Shown here: positions 8,486 to 18,004 of the stretch, piece by piece
Layout of the letters: the number at the start of each line of letters is the position of its first letter
Numbering within the stretch: the first letter of the stretch is position 1
Assembly: GCA_964568665.1 (NCBI GenBank)
Contig: CAZMPY010000005.1
Location: 196,330-260,329, forward strand
Length of the DNA stretch: 64,000 nucleotides
Source of the DNA: an uncultured Thermoplasmata archaeon
Lineage (GTDB): Archaea > Thermoplasmatota > Thermoplasmata > UBA10834
Reading direction: 5' to 3'
The notes under the pieces: generated by a model
Databases searched by the model: none
What the model was told of the DNA's origin: nothing
The model's input: the letters and a program-made list of their open reading frames with translations, nothing else
Made by a program: the position numbers and the translations under genes

Positions 8486-9796
8486 TCAGCAGTCGTTGCA
8501 CTTGGTGGCTTTGCAGGCTGAGGGCGCCTTGCCGTAGGCCTTTCTGCGCTGCTCGCGCTGGGTGCCCTCCGGGATGAGGCACATCTTCTTGCCCGAGAGC
8601 ACGGCCGCGACGCCTTCCCTCGTCTCGAGGTGTTCGTAGTCCTCGCACAGGCTGCAGCCAGGTGGACACCTGCTCACCCGGTCTCCCTCGACCTCGGGGA
8701 ACTGGAATATGCCACCCTCGTAGTTCCTGAGCACGACGCGCGTGTCGCTCTGGGAGATCAGATACGTGGGCCCGACGGGGATCTTGCCGCCCCCGGTCGG
8801 GGCGTCGATGACGAACTGTGGGACCGCGAAGCCCGATGTGTGCCCCCTCAGGTTCTCGATGATCTCGATGCCCTTCGCGATCGAGGTCCTGAAGTGCTCC
8901 AGCCCCTTCGCGATGTCGCACTGGTAGATGTAGTACGGCCTGCACCGGATGTAGACGAGGTCGTGCACCAGCTTCTTCATGATGGTCGGACAGTCGTTGA
9001 CGCCCTTCAGGAGCACCGTCTGGTTCCCGACGGGTATGCCGGCGTCCGCGAGCATCTCGACCGCGCGCCTGGACTCGGGGGTGATCTCCTTCGGGTGGTT
9101 GAAGTGCGTGTTGAGCCAGATCGGATGGTACTTCCTCAGCATCTTGACCAGCTGGGGCGTTATCCTGTACGGCAGGACGACGGGCGTCCTGGAACCGATC
9201 CGGACGATCTGGACGTGCTTGATCTTCCTGAGCTCCCGTATGACCTTCTCGAGGAGCGCATCGGACACCAGCAGGGCGTCTCCGCCCGACAGGAGCACGT
9301 CCCTGACCTGGGGCGTCTTCCGGATGTAGTCGAGGCCCTCCTCGATCTCTTCCCAGCTCCTCTGGTGGTCAGTGGTTCCCACTATCCTGCGCCTGCAGCA
9401 GTGCCTGCAGTACATGCTGCACTGGTCCGTGAGCAGGAACAGCACCCGGTCCGGGTACCTGTGGGTGAGGCCCTCGTGGGGCGCGTCGATCGTCTCGCCG
9501 ACGGTGTCCTCCATGTCATCCTTCGAGATGTGCAGCTCGTTGGATGTCGGCACCGCCTGCTTCCTGATCGGGCACTCCGGGTCGTCAGGGTCCATGAGCG
9601 AGGCGTAGTACGGGGTGATGGCCATCCGGAGGTACTTCATGGAGTGGGTGATCTCGTCCTTCTCCTCGTCCGTGAGGTTGATGACCTTGGCGAGCGTGTC
9701 CACATCCGTGATCCTGTTCTTGATCTGCCATTTCCAGTCGGTCCATTGCTTCGGACTGACGTCCTTCCAGAGCGGGATATCCCTGTATTTCCTCAT
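8486..9796 (-). CDS. kamA: lysine 2,3-aminomutase (radical SAM, KamA/AblA family)
   Basis: CSMYCRHCCRRR radical-SAM motif, KamA-like N- and C-regions, 436 aa with extra Cys-rich tail (CPPGCSLCEDY...CKATKCNDC). Confidence 0.85.
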   Translation of the reverse strand: MRKYRDIPLWKDVSPKQWTDWKWQIKNRITDVDTLAKVINLTDEEKDEITHSMKYLRMAITPYYASLMDPDDPECPIRKQAVPTSNELHISKDDMEDTVGETIDAPHEGLTHRYPDRVLFLLTDQCSMYCRHCCRRRIVGTTDHQRSWEEIEEGLDYIRKTPQVRDVLLSGGDALLVSDALLEKVIRELRKIKHVQIVRIGSRTPVVLPYRITPQLVKMLRKYHPIWLNTHFNHPKEITPESRRAVEMLADAGIPVGNQTVLLKGVNDCPTIMKKLVHDLVYIRCRPYYIYQCDIAKGLEHFRTSIAKGIEIIENLRGHTSGFAVPQFVIDAPTGGGKIPVGPTYLISQSDTRVVLRNYEGGIFQFPEVEGDRVSRCPPGCSLCEDYEHLETREGVAAVLSGKKMCLIPEGTQREQRRKAYGKAPSACKATKCNDC

Positions 9797-10042
9797 GATG
9801 AGTCAACCCCCAATGTTAGCTCCTCGAAAGGGGGTATATGCTTCCCGTATTTAGAGTGGATGGAAGCCTGCACCAGACAGCCGGTCCAGTGGGAGTTCCC
9901 GCGAGCCCGGTATATAACATCCACGGGTGCGGGCACCTACCCATCAACGGGTATTCGGGAATGTATATATTCCATCCAGACCCGATTACTTAACGTCGTG
10001 AGGAGACCCACGCAGCGTTGGGCGCGCGTGGAGGGGGAGACC

Positions 10043-11464
10043 GTGATAAACTTACTGTTCGTAGACGACGACGAGTCGGTGCTCGAGCTGGGACGGCTCT
10101 TCATCGAGAAGGCGGGGGACTTCAGCGTGGAGACCGCCAGGTCGGCTCGTGAAGCCATCGGGAAGATGGCGGAGAACGAGTTCGACGTCGTCGTCTCGGA
10201 CTATAAGATGGACGACATCGACGGCATCCAGTTCCTCAAGACACTGAGGAATCAGGGGAACGACATACCGTTCATCATCCTGACGGGCAAGGGCAGGGAG
10301 GATGTGGCCGCAGACGCCCTCAACTACGGCGCGGACTTCTACGTCGAGAAGACGAGCGACACGGTCCCGATGTTCAGAGAGCTGGCGAACCTAATCAACC
10401 AGTCCGTCATCAGGAGGAACGCGGAGAAGAGGGCGAAGGACACTGAAAGGATATTCCGCCTCCTGGCCGACAACACCGCGGACCTCATCTACCGGATCGC
10501 GCTGAAGCCTGATCTGAGGATAACGTACATCAACGCGGCGGCGGAGAGGATGTCCGGATACACGCCTCAGGAGTACTATGCTGACCCAACGATCACATAC
10601 AGGGTCGTGCACCCGGACGACCTGGCCAAGACGGAGGAGGTCTTCGCGCATCCGGAGAGGTTCAAGGACCCGCTCATCATGAGATGGGTCCACAAGAACG
10701 GGAAGGTGTACTGGTCCGAGGACCTGTTCATACCGGTCAGGGACCACAAGGGCGATATCGTCGAGATCATCGGCATCGCGAGGGACATCACCGAGCGGGT
10801 GGAGGCCGAGGCGGCGCTCAGGGAGGCGAACAGGAAGCTGAACCTGTTGAGCAGCGTCATCAGACACGACATAATGAACCGCATCACTGGCATCTATGTC
10901 TGGATAGACATGACACGCAAGTCCCAGGACCCAGCGAAGGTCAGGGAATATGTCGACAAGATAGACGAAGCGGGGGCGGCGATAAAGGAGATCCTGGACT
11001 TCTCGGCCAAGTACAGCGGCCTCGGGATGAAGGGCCGGGAGTGGGTGGACCTGCAGGAAATCGCCTCCAGGAACCACTTCGGCATGCCGATGAGCGGGAT
11101 AGGGCTCAAGGTCGAGCTGGAAGGGCTCAGGGTGCTGGCCGACCCGATGCTCGGCATGGTGTTCCGGAACCTCATCGAGAACTCGGTCAGGCACGGGGGC
11201 AACGTGACGAGGATATGGGTCCACTGGCACAAGGAGGACAAGGGCGCCCGGATCGTGATCGAGGACGACGGGACCGGCGTGCCGGCGGAGGACAAGTCCA
11301 GGATATTCGAGCGCGGGATCGGCAGGGGCACCGGCTACGGGCTGTTCTTCGCAAGGGAGATACTGTCCATATCGGGCATGAAGATCACGGAGACCGGGGA
11401 GACCGGGAAGGGCGCGAGGTTCGAGATAGCGGTCCCGGAAGGCGGCTTCAGGACGGAGAAGTGA
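10043..11464 (+). CDS. hybrid signal-transduction protein: receiver - PAS - histidine kinase
   Basis: GTG start preceded by GGAGGGGGAG. (M)INLLFVDDDESV receiver, PAS (ADNTADLIYRIAL...), H-box LSSVIRHDIMN, HATPase (NLIENSVRHGG...GTGYGL). The ORF-track ORF 8630..11464 is an upstream antisense read-through artefact. Confidence 0.85.
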   Translation: MINLLFVDDDESVLELGRLFIEKAGDFSVETARSAREAIGKMAENEFDVVVSDYKMDDIDGIQFLKTLRNQGNDIPFIILTGKGREDVAADALNYGADFYVEKTSDTVPMFRELANLINQSVIRRNAEKRAKDTERIFRLLADNTADLIYRIALKPDLRITYINAAAERMSGYTPQEYYADPTITYRVVHPDDLAKTEEVFAHPERFKDPLIMRWVHKNGKVYWSEDLFIPVRDHKGDIVEIIGIARDITERVEAEAALREANRKLNLLSSVIRHDIMNRITGIYVWIDMTRKSQDPAKVREYVDKIDEAGAAIKEILDFSAKYSGLGMKGREWVDLQEIASRNHFGMPMSGIGLKVELEGLRVLADPMLGMVFRNLIENSVRHGGNVTRIWVHWHKEDKGARIVIEDDGTGVPAEDKSRIFERGIGRGTGYGLFFAREILSISGMKITETGETGKGARFEIAVPEGGFRTEK

Positions 11465-11486
11465 GACGGCCCGTGCGGGGATGGAG

Positions 11487-11560
11487 TGGGGTAGGTCGGA
11501 TTTGAACCGACGACCTCATGCTCCCAAAGCACGTATCATACCAAGCTAGACCACTACCCC
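11487..11560 (-). tRNA. tRNA-Pro (anticodon TGG)
   Basis: GGGGTAG acceptor paired with CTACCCC, anticodon stem CGTGC/GCATG with loop TTTGGGA, T-arm GTCGG-TTCAAAT-CCGAC, 74 nt, CCA not encoded. TATA-like TTTTATGAG ~40 nt upstream. Confidence 0.85.
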
Positions 11561-11649
11561 GTTCAGAGGCCTCACGGGCACCTCGTTATCGCACTGTCTC
11601 ATAAAAGGATTCCCTCGCGCGACGGCGCCTCCGGCCCGGCCCCGCGAAC

Positions 11650-12153
11650 CTACGGCAGGAGGTTCGGGAGCTCCTTCAGGAAGATATCCATGGCCTTGCC
11701 CCTGTGCGATATCCTGTTTTTCTCGGGGAGGTCGATCTGGGCATAGGACCTCGTGTAGCCCTGGGGGATGAAGACCGGGTCGTATCCGAAACCGCCTACG
11801 CCCATCTTCTCCCGGGAGATCGTCCCCTCGGCCACGGCCTTTGCGATGAACGGCTCGCCTCCCGGCGCCATGAAGCCGATGCAGCACTCGAACCTCGCCC
11901 TGCGGTCCTCGACGCCCCTCATGAGGCTGAGGATGCCGTCGCAGCCGACGGTCTTGAACACGTAGGACGAGTAGACCCCTGGGAACCCCTTCAGCGCGTC
12001 CACGAACAGGCCCGAGTCGTCTATCATGACCGGCCTGTCGAACTTGGAGATGCACCACTGCAGACCCGGGATTATCGTGATCTCGAGCGACTCCGCCTGG
12101 ATCTCCGGATATGCGGTCTTGATGTGCTCGAGCTCGTACCCGTGCTCCGCCAT
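11650..12153 (-). CDS. non-canonical purine NTP pyrophosphatase (Ham1/ITPase family); true N-terminus unresolved
   Basis: PGVYSSYVF...GFGYDPVF Ham1 core. In-frame upstream codons encode the conserved motif KRIAFITSNNGKFRE (up to ~12216) but contain no ATG/GTG/TTG. See findings. Confidence 0.7.
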   Translation of the reverse strand: MAEHGYELEHIKTAYPEIQAESLEITIIPGLQWCISKFDRPVMIDDSGLFVDALKGFPGVYSSYVFKTVGCDGILSLMRGVEDRRARFECCIGFMAPGGEPFIAKAVAEGTISREKMGVGGFGYDPVFIPQGYTRSYAQIDLPEKNRISHRGKAMDIFLKELPNLLP

Positions 12154-12200
12154 CTGGGCCGATATCTCCCTGAACTTCCCGTTGTTGGATGTTATGAATG

Positions 12201-12818
12201 CTATTCTTTTCGTGTGTACCGCCCCCGCTTCTCTATCTCCTTGACCTTGTTGAGGACGTCCGCGCCCTTTCCGTAGCTCTTGCAGTAGGACTCGGTCACG
12301 ACACTGTACAGACCGCTCCTGGCATGGTGGGCCGAATGGAACGCCTCCTCGAGCAGGTGCATGTCCACGCCCTTGTCCTCCAGCTCGGAGGTCTTCTGCC
12401 CCAGTGAGAAGTCTATCACGACGATCCTGTCCCCGTCGAGGAGCATGTTGCTGGTCGTCAGGTCCCCGTGGACGATGTCGTTCGCATGCAACCGCCCAGC
12501 GATCTCGCCGACCTTCCGGCAGACCACCTCCGCATCCCTGTCAGGAAGGGTCTGCAGGGCGTCCTTGACGCGCATGCCCTGTATCTCCTCCATCACGATG
12601 CGGTTCTCGGCCAGGTCCACGGAGTAGATGACCGGGACCGCGATCCCCGCCCGTCGGGACTCGAGCATGAGACGTACCTCGTTCTTGATCCTGAAGGTCT
12701 GCAGGGACCTGTCGAGCCGGGGGTGCCTGTAGCCCTTGACGACGCGCTGCTTGTGGACGACGGCCCGGCCCATCCAAACGGCCGAATCGAGCCTGGCCTC
12801 CGCGCCTACCCGGTGCAC
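12201..12818 (-). CDS. bud32: Kae1-associated kinase Bud32 (KEOPS subunit, RIO-type)
   Basis: (M)HRVGAEARL...HKQRV...VHGDLTTSNMLL...VIDFSLG kinase motifs. GTG start chosen (12818 or 12824) to match ~205 aa homologues. Confidence 0.75.
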   Translation of the reverse strand: MHRVGAEARLDSAVWMGRAVVHKQRVVKGYRHPRLDRSLQTFRIKNEVRLMLESRRAGIAVPVIYSVDLAENRIVMEEIQGMRVKDALQTLPDRDAEVVCRKVGEIAGRLHANDIVHGDLTTSNMLLDGDRIVVIDFSLGQKTSELEDKGVDMHLLEEAFHSAHHARSGLYSVVTESYCKSYGKGADVLNKVKEIEKRGRYTRKE

Positions 12819-12894
12819 TGCCACGGCTGCGAGAAAGCGCTCCGGTCTATTAAGGTGTTCTGGCAGATCAGGGCGGAGCAGCCAGCAGTCCCAT

Positions 12895-13737
12895 TCAGCG
12901 CCGCAGCCATCGCGTCTGGAACAGTGCCGCGAGGACGGATAGCAGGGCCGCCGCCGAGGCAACGAACGCCAGCTCCGCGAGCATCACGGTGCCCGTGATC
13001 GACTGGCTGTCGTACATCTCCAGGACATAGGCGAAGAACACCACGACCGCGGTCACCTGGATCACACCGATCGTGCAGATCCGTGCGAACACGACGAACA
13101 TCCCGCGGGTCCGGCGTGGCGCCCAGCGCCAGGCATAGAGGACCAGGCACAGATCGGCTGCGTACAGGCCGGCGAGCACATAGAGGACTGCTGGAGACAC
13201 CTCCCATGGGACTCTGTCGTCCACCCAGTCCTCCTCGTTCGAGACGAGTTCGTTGCCGATGAAGTTGATGTCGCTGGACTTCCAGATGCTTATCCCGATG
13301 TCGTTCCCCGAGACCATGTTGTCGATGACCTCGCAGTCGTGCCCGTACATGATGGATATCCCTACGCCGTTGTCACTGACCGTGCAGTTCTGGACCAGCA
13401 CATTGCATGCCTCGAACAGCTGGATGCCCACCCCGCACCCTTGGACGGTCATGTTCCGGATGACGACGTAGTCCGATGTCTCGGCTATCGACACGCCCGT
13501 GAGCCCCGGAGCCGGACCTAGGGTCCATCCCTCGATGATGTACGGGTCCGACAGCAGACCGTTTCCCGAGACCACGCCCTGCTCGGGCGTGAAATCATCG
13601 ATGTTATCGATCAGGATGACACCGTGGTCCGCGACCGCAGCGGATGATGAGGACCCGCCGACCGCGGGCATCGCCGAGAGGAGAAGCATCGCCCCCAGCA
13701 CAGCCATGCCCCTGGCAACCACGATGAACCGCACCAT
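12895..13737 (-). CDS. secreted right-handed parallel beta-helix repeat protein with C-terminal membrane anchor
   Basis: Signal peptide MVRFIVVARGMAVLGAMLLL. Repeated NxxVxxN/GIxI beta-helix rungs (NCTVSDNGVGISI..., DNMVSGNDIGISI...). C-terminal hydrophobic helix. Confidence 0.6.
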   Translation of the reverse strand: MVRFIVVARGMAVLGAMLLLSAMPAVGGSSSSAAVADHGVILIDNIDDFTPEQGVVSGNGLLSDPYIIEGWTLGPAPGLTGVSIAETSDYVVIRNMTVQGCGVGIQLFEACNVLVQNCTVSDNGVGISIMYGHDCEVIDNMVSGNDIGISIWKSSDINFIGNELVSNEEDWVDDRVPWEVSPAVLYVLAGLYAADLCLVLYAWRWAPRRTRGMFVVFARICTIGVIQVTAVVVFFAYVLEMYDSQSITGTVMLAELAFVASAAALLSVLAALFQTRWLRR

Positions 13738-13850
13738 ACAGTCACGACCTCCGCCACGGGAATGCATGCCCAGGCATATAGGGGTTCCATCGCAGGGATG
13801 GGGATACATGCGCTCGCAACGCTTATCAGCAACGACCCCGATTGTGTAGC

Positions 13851-14516
13851 GTGTCCCACCTCCCCATCGGCTCACTGGCGCTAGACGAACTCCTAGAGGG
13901 GGGGCTGGAGGGAGGGGCCATCACGCTCCTGTTCGGGGAGGCCGGCTCGGGCAAGACGAACATCTGCCTCCAGGTCGCGCGCAACGTCGCCCTCGCCGGG
14001 AAGAAGGTCGTGTACATAGACACCGAGGGGGTGTCGCTCGAGAGGCTCATGCAGATCGCGGGCGACAGATACGAGGACGTCATGAAGAACGTCCTGTTCT
14101 TCGAGCCGCATTCCTTCGAGGACCAGGAGAAGGCCGTCGAGAAGGCCGTCAGGCTCGCGGAGAGCTCCCTGGAGGTCGGCGCAATCATACTCGACTCGGC
14201 CACGATCCACTACAGGCTCACGAGGAACGATGAGGAGAAGGGCTTGAGGAAGTCGCTCAGTCCTCAGCTGGCCAAGCTCCTCGGCGTGGCCAGGGACAAG
14301 GACGTGCCGGTCCTGCTGACGTCCCAGGTCTACACCGACATCGAGAAGCACACGTTCGAGCCGCTCGGGGGCCATGTCCTGCTGCACAACGCGAAGGCCA
14401 TCATCAGGCTGGACAAGGTCGGGGCCAGCACCCGCCGGGCCGTCATCATCAAGCACCGGCACCTCGAGGAGGGCCAGAGGGCGGACTTCAGGCTCGTCCG
14501 CACCGGGGTCGTCTAG
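13851..14516 (+). CDS. radB: DNA repair and recombination protein RadB
   Basis: LFGEAGSGKTNICLQVA Walker A, RecA/Rad51-paralogue length (~220 aa), SLDELL N-terminus. GTG start aligns with homologues (TTG 13842 alternative). Confidence 0.8.
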   Translation: MSHLPIGSLALDELLEGGLEGGAITLLFGEAGSGKTNICLQVARNVALAGKKVVYIDTEGVSLERLMQIAGDRYEDVMKNVLFFEPHSFEDQEKAVEKAVRLAESSLEVGAIILDSATIHYRLTRNDEEKGLRKSLSPQLAKLLGVARDKDVPVLLTSQVYTDIEKHTFEPLGGHVLLHNAKAIIRLDKVGASTRRAVIIKHRHLEEGQRADFRLVRTGVV

Positions 14517-15496
14517 GTCTTCCTGGTGACCATGTAGTCCGCTAAGGACCTCAGGGCGTCCTTGTGGGGCGAGTCCTTGAGCACGCCGAGCCTGTCCTTG
14601 GCCTTGGCGATGAACTCGTTCGCGACCCTGTCCGCATGGTCTATCGACCCGACGGCGTCGAGCAGCATCTTCGCGCGGACCAGCTCCGCCTCGTTCGCAT
14701 CCTTCTTCCCCAGGACCGCCAGGAACTCCTTCTTCTGTGCGCCCTTGAGCTTCTCGAGCGCATCGACCACGATGACCGTCTTCTTGCCGTTCCTGATGTC
14801 GTTCAGGACCGGTTTGCCGAAGGTCGCCTTGTCGGACCTGAGGTCGAGCACATCGTCCCAGATCTGGAACCCCAGGCCGATGAGCCGGCCGTACTCGAAG
14901 AGGGATTCCTGCTGCGCGCGCGTCCCGCCTCCCACGATCGCGCCCGCCTCCGCGGCGGCTGAGTAGAGCACGGCGGTCTTCCGCTCGATCATCTTGAAGT
15001 ACTCCTCGACGGAAACCGTCTTCCTGTCCTCGAAGTCCATGTCCATCTGCTGGCCCTCGGCGAGCAGCCTTACGGACCTCGCCAGGATGTCCACGAGCCT
15101 GACCTTGTCCGAAGCGTCCACATCGGACTCGAGCACTATCTCGAACGCGCGCGCGAACATCGCATCGCCCGCGAGGATCGCCTCGGGGACGCCGTACTGC
15201 GCGTGCACCGTCCGGATGCCCCGCCTGGTGTCGTCCTCGTCCATGACATCATCATGGACGAGCGTGAAGTTGTGGACCATCTCGAGCGCGACGCCGAACG
15301 GCAGGGCCGAGTCAGGCCTGCCGCCGACCGCCTCCGAGACGACCGTCGCTAGGAGCGGCCTCAGCCGCTTCCCGCCAGCCGCTGGATAGTGGGCCATGGC
15401 GGCCTTCAGGTTCTTGTCCTCCATCACTTCGAACGATGCCATCAGTTGGGTGTTGATCCGCTTTACCCTGTCCTTGTAGTCGTCCGGGAAAACCAT
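14513..15496 (-). CDS. idsA: geranylgeranyl diphosphate synthase (short-chain trans-prenyl diphosphate synthase)
   Basis: LVHDDVMDEDD and GFQIWDDVLD aspartate-rich motifs, 327 aa. Confidence 0.85.
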   Translation of the reverse strand: MVFPDDYKDRVKRINTQLMASFEVMEDKNLKAAMAHYPAAGGKRLRPLLATVVSEAVGGRPDSALPFGVALEMVHNFTLVHDDVMDEDDTRRGIRTVHAQYGVPEAILAGDAMFARAFEIVLESDVDASDKVRLVDILARSVRLLAEGQQMDMDFEDRKTVSVEEYFKMIERKTAVLYSAAAEAGAIVGGGTRAQQESLFEYGRLIGLGFQIWDDVLDLRSDKATFGKPVLNDIRNGKKTVIVVDALEKLKGAQKKEFLAVLGKKDANEAELVRAKMLLDAVGSIDHADRVANEFIAKAKDRLGVLKDSPHKDALRSLADYMVTRKT

Positions 15497-15502
15497 GCGT
15501 GC

Positions 15503-16597
15503 TCACTCCTCGAGCTGGTCCAGCCACTGCTTCGACCGACCTGTGATCAATGCGCGCGTCTGCGCGAGCTCCTCGATGTCCTTCGCTCCCACGAGGAACA
15601 TCGCGGCCTTGAGCTCGTCGATGATCGTGCCGAGCTCCGTGACAAGGGCATCCTTGCCTTCCAGCGCGGCTGGCAGGAGCCTTCCGGCCATCCCGCCCGC
15701 CGATGCGCCTACGGCGATGGCGCGGGCTACATCGAGCCCGTTCCTGAGCCCGCCCGTGGCTATGATCGGCAGGCCCACGCCGGCCACCACGACCGACACG
15801 GGCGTTGGTATGCCCCAGTCCCAGAAGGTCCTGCCTATGTTCGCCCGCACGGCATCGCCCGCGGACTTCGCCCTGTAGAACTCGACCGCGGAGAAGCTCG
15901 TCCCGCCGAGCCCGCCGACATCGATGCCCTTCACCTTGGCCTTCTTGAGCCTGAGCGCGACCTCGTGCGACATGCCGGCCCCGGTCTCCTTCGCGATGAC
16001 CGGGAGCTCCGATGCGAACCTCTCGATCGCCCTGAGCCCGCCCCTGGCCTTCGTATCCCCCTCGGGCTGCACGACCTCCTGGAGGTAGTTCAGATGTATC
16101 GCGAGGACATGGGCGCCGATCATCTCCATGGCCGCATGGCCGCTGCTGATGTCGAGCGGGGGCCTGTCCCCCTGCCTGATGAGCTGGGGCACGCCCAGGT
16201 TCGCGATCCTGAGCGGTATGTGGAACTCCTTTATGACGGAGTATGTCTCGGCGAGCTCCGGGTTCTCGAGGGCAGCCCTCTGGCTCCCGACCCCCATGCC
16301 TATGCCGAACTCCTCGGCGACCATGGCGAGGTTCCTGTTGATGTCCCTCGCCTTGCCGTACCCTCCGGTCATCGCGGATATGATGATCGGTGCCGCGAGC
16401 TTCCGTCCGAAGACCGTGACCGATGTGTCGATCTCGTCCAGGTCCACCTCGGGGAGCGGCTCGTGCACCAGCCGCACATCGTCCCAGAACTCGTAATCCG
16501 TGGAGAGGTCCTCGCGGGCGCAGATCTCGACGTGGTCGTGCTTCCTCTTCTCGATCAGTTTCTCGGGCCGTACTTCATCGCCTGACATGACGAGCAC
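15503..16597 (-). CDS. fni: isopentenyl-diphosphate delta-isomerase type 2 (FMN-dependent)
   Basis: KRKHDHVEIC..., TIM-barrel glycine-rich segments (GVGSQR, GGTS, ATGGLRNG). Start ATG immediately after the IPK stop. Confidence 0.85.
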   Translation of the reverse strand: MLVMSGDEVRPEKLIEKRKHDHVEICAREDLSTDYEFWDDVRLVHEPLPEVDLDEIDTSVTVFGRKLAAPIIISAMTGGYGKARDINRNLAMVAEEFGIGMGVGSQRAALENPELAETYSVIKEFHIPLRIANLGVPQLIRQGDRPPLDISSGHAAMEMIGAHVLAIHLNYLQEVVQPEGDTKARGGLRAIERFASELPVIAKETGAGMSHEVALRLKKAKVKGIDVGGLGGTSFSAVEFYRAKSAGDAVRANIGRTFWDWGIPTPVSVVVAGVGLPIIATGGLRNGLDVARAIAVGASAGGMAGRLLPAALEGKDALVTELGTIIDELKAAMFLVGAKDIEELAQTRALITGRSKQWLDQLEE

Positions 16598-17374
16598 CTA
16601 TCCCGGGAGCACGGTCGTCGACACGACCCCCCTCCCCCGAACCGCCTTCTCCAGTCTACCTGGCACATTGCCGTTCACTATCATACACTTTTCGCAGTCG
16701 CGCGCGATGGCCAGCATCCGTTCGAGCTTGCCGAACATGCTCCCCGTGACATCGGCGTTCACGGCCTCGCTCCTCCGTACCTCCGACAGGGCGCGCCTGT
16801 CGAACTCCGGTATCAGGACTGCGCGCCTGTCCCGCTTAGGGTCCCTGTCGAACACGCCGTCGACATCCGCGCAGAATATGACGAGTCTCGGCTTGAACGC
16901 CTTTGCGATCCTCGCCATCATGAGGTCCCCCGAACATATCGAGAAACCCATCGACGAGTCCGGGACGACATCCCCGAACGTGACGGGGACCAGCCCGATG
17001 TCCAAGAGGTCGGTGAACCGGTCCGGAGAGAATGAGGTGATGGAACCTTTGTCGAACCTGGCCGCGGCGGCCGGTGGGACGGAGACGGCGTTCAAGCCGG
17101 AGTCGATCAGGGCCCCGATTACCCTCAGGTCGAGCTCCCTCACGTCCCGCTGCACCCTCGCGACGGGCCCGAGCTGCGCGGGGCGGCTGAGGCCTTTGTG
17201 CAGCGAATGCTTCCTCGCGAGTATGTGCCCGAACGACCCGGCCCCGTGGACTATGCATAGCCCGCCCTTCGCGGAGGTCAGCTCCCCCGCGAGCCGCTCG
17301 CACGCTGAGCGCCTGAAGGTCCGGAGGCGGGACTTGTCGGTGATCACGCTCCCGCCGAGTTTGACCAGTATCAT
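16598..17374 (-). CDS. ipk: isopentenyl phosphate kinase (archaeal mevalonate pathway)
   Basis: MILVKLGGSVIT amino-acid-kinase fold N-terminus, CIVHGAGSFGH. Operon with IDI2 and GGPPS. Confidence 0.8.
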   Translation of the reverse strand: MILVKLGGSVITDKSRLRTFRRSACERLAGELTSAKGGLCIVHGAGSFGHILARKHSLHKGLSRPAQLGPVARVQRDVRELDLRVIGALIDSGLNAVSVPPAAAARFDKGSITSFSPDRFTDLLDIGLVPVTFGDVVPDSSMGFSICSGDLMMARIAKAFKPRLVIFCADVDGVFDRDPKRDRRAVLIPEFDRRALSEVRRSEAVNADVTGSMFGKLERMLAIARDCEKCMIVNGNVPGRLEKAVRGRGVVSTTVLPG

Positions 17375-17492
17375 CCGCTCACCTACCTGACCGCCGATAG
17401 GCGAGGGCTTTCATAAAACCAACAGTCCCGTCGCTAGACCTCACGCTCGGCACTCGGGAAGACATCGTCATGCAGGAAGGATCGCCCTGGCC

Positions 17493-17765
17493 CTACTTCG
17501 AGAGATATATCTCGATGGAGGACACGTTGGCGCTCCCGCCCTCTTCCCCTGGTAGTGATTCGGTCGCTATCCTGATGTCCTTGTACGCCAGGTCCTTCAC
17601 GAACCTGTTCTTCACGATCTCGGCGACGTCCACGGCCCTGCTGATCGCCCGTCCCCTTGCCTTGATGCAGACGTCCGAGCAACCGTCGTTGACCTGCGAG
17701 ACGACCGCAAGGACATAGTTCATAGTGGCCTTCTTACCGACGTAGATGGTGTTCTCTTCGCCCAT
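17493..17765 (-). CDS. albA: chromatin protein Alba
   Basis: [24 protein letters not shown]...[23 protein letters not shown]...[11 protein letters not shown]. The ORF-track N-terminal extension is rejected. Confidence 0.9.
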   Translation of the reverse strand: MGEENTIYVGKKATMNYVLAVVSQVNDGCSDVCIKARGRAISRAVDVAEIVKNRFVKDLAYKDIRIATESLPGEEGGSANVSSIEIYLSK

Positions 17766-17807
17766 TTGTCCCCCAGCGACCACCGGAATCGGAACGGCCC
17801 TCGAGCG

Positions 17808-17816
17808 TATATATAA
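17808..17816 (-). promoter_or_regulatory. strong TATA box (TTATATATA) ~45 nt upstream of Alba ATG
   Basis: Perfect AT-only 9-mer in GC-rich context, correct spacing for a ~20-nt leader. Confidence 0.55.
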
Positions 17817-18004
17817 CCTTGTGAAAACATGGGTGCCAGTATAGTCATTGACTGCTCCCGGACCCGCAGCGGTAACATCGAACATATTCGGCTCGAGCAC
17901 GACCTCGTGGACGGCACGAAGACCGTCTCCGGCGCGAGCGTTGCCTCCGAGTCCACCTCCGCGGACTCAGCGCGCGTGCACTAAAAGCTTGAAATAACCG
18001 CCAG

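Noticed and set aside
8630-10042. First half of the 944-aa plus-strand ORF
   Set aside because: It is antisense to kamA and crosses the divergent promoter. The real gene starts at GTG 10043 with a strong SD.
12195-12215. -1 ribosomal frameshift fusing Bud32 to Ham1 at CGAAAAGAA
   Set aside because: Bud32 ends at a normal position for the family and a fusion has no precedent. Non-canonical start or sequence error is more parsimonious.
15389-16585. 398-aa plus ORF antisense to idi2
   Set aside because: Low-complexity, no motifs. The sense gene is unambiguous.
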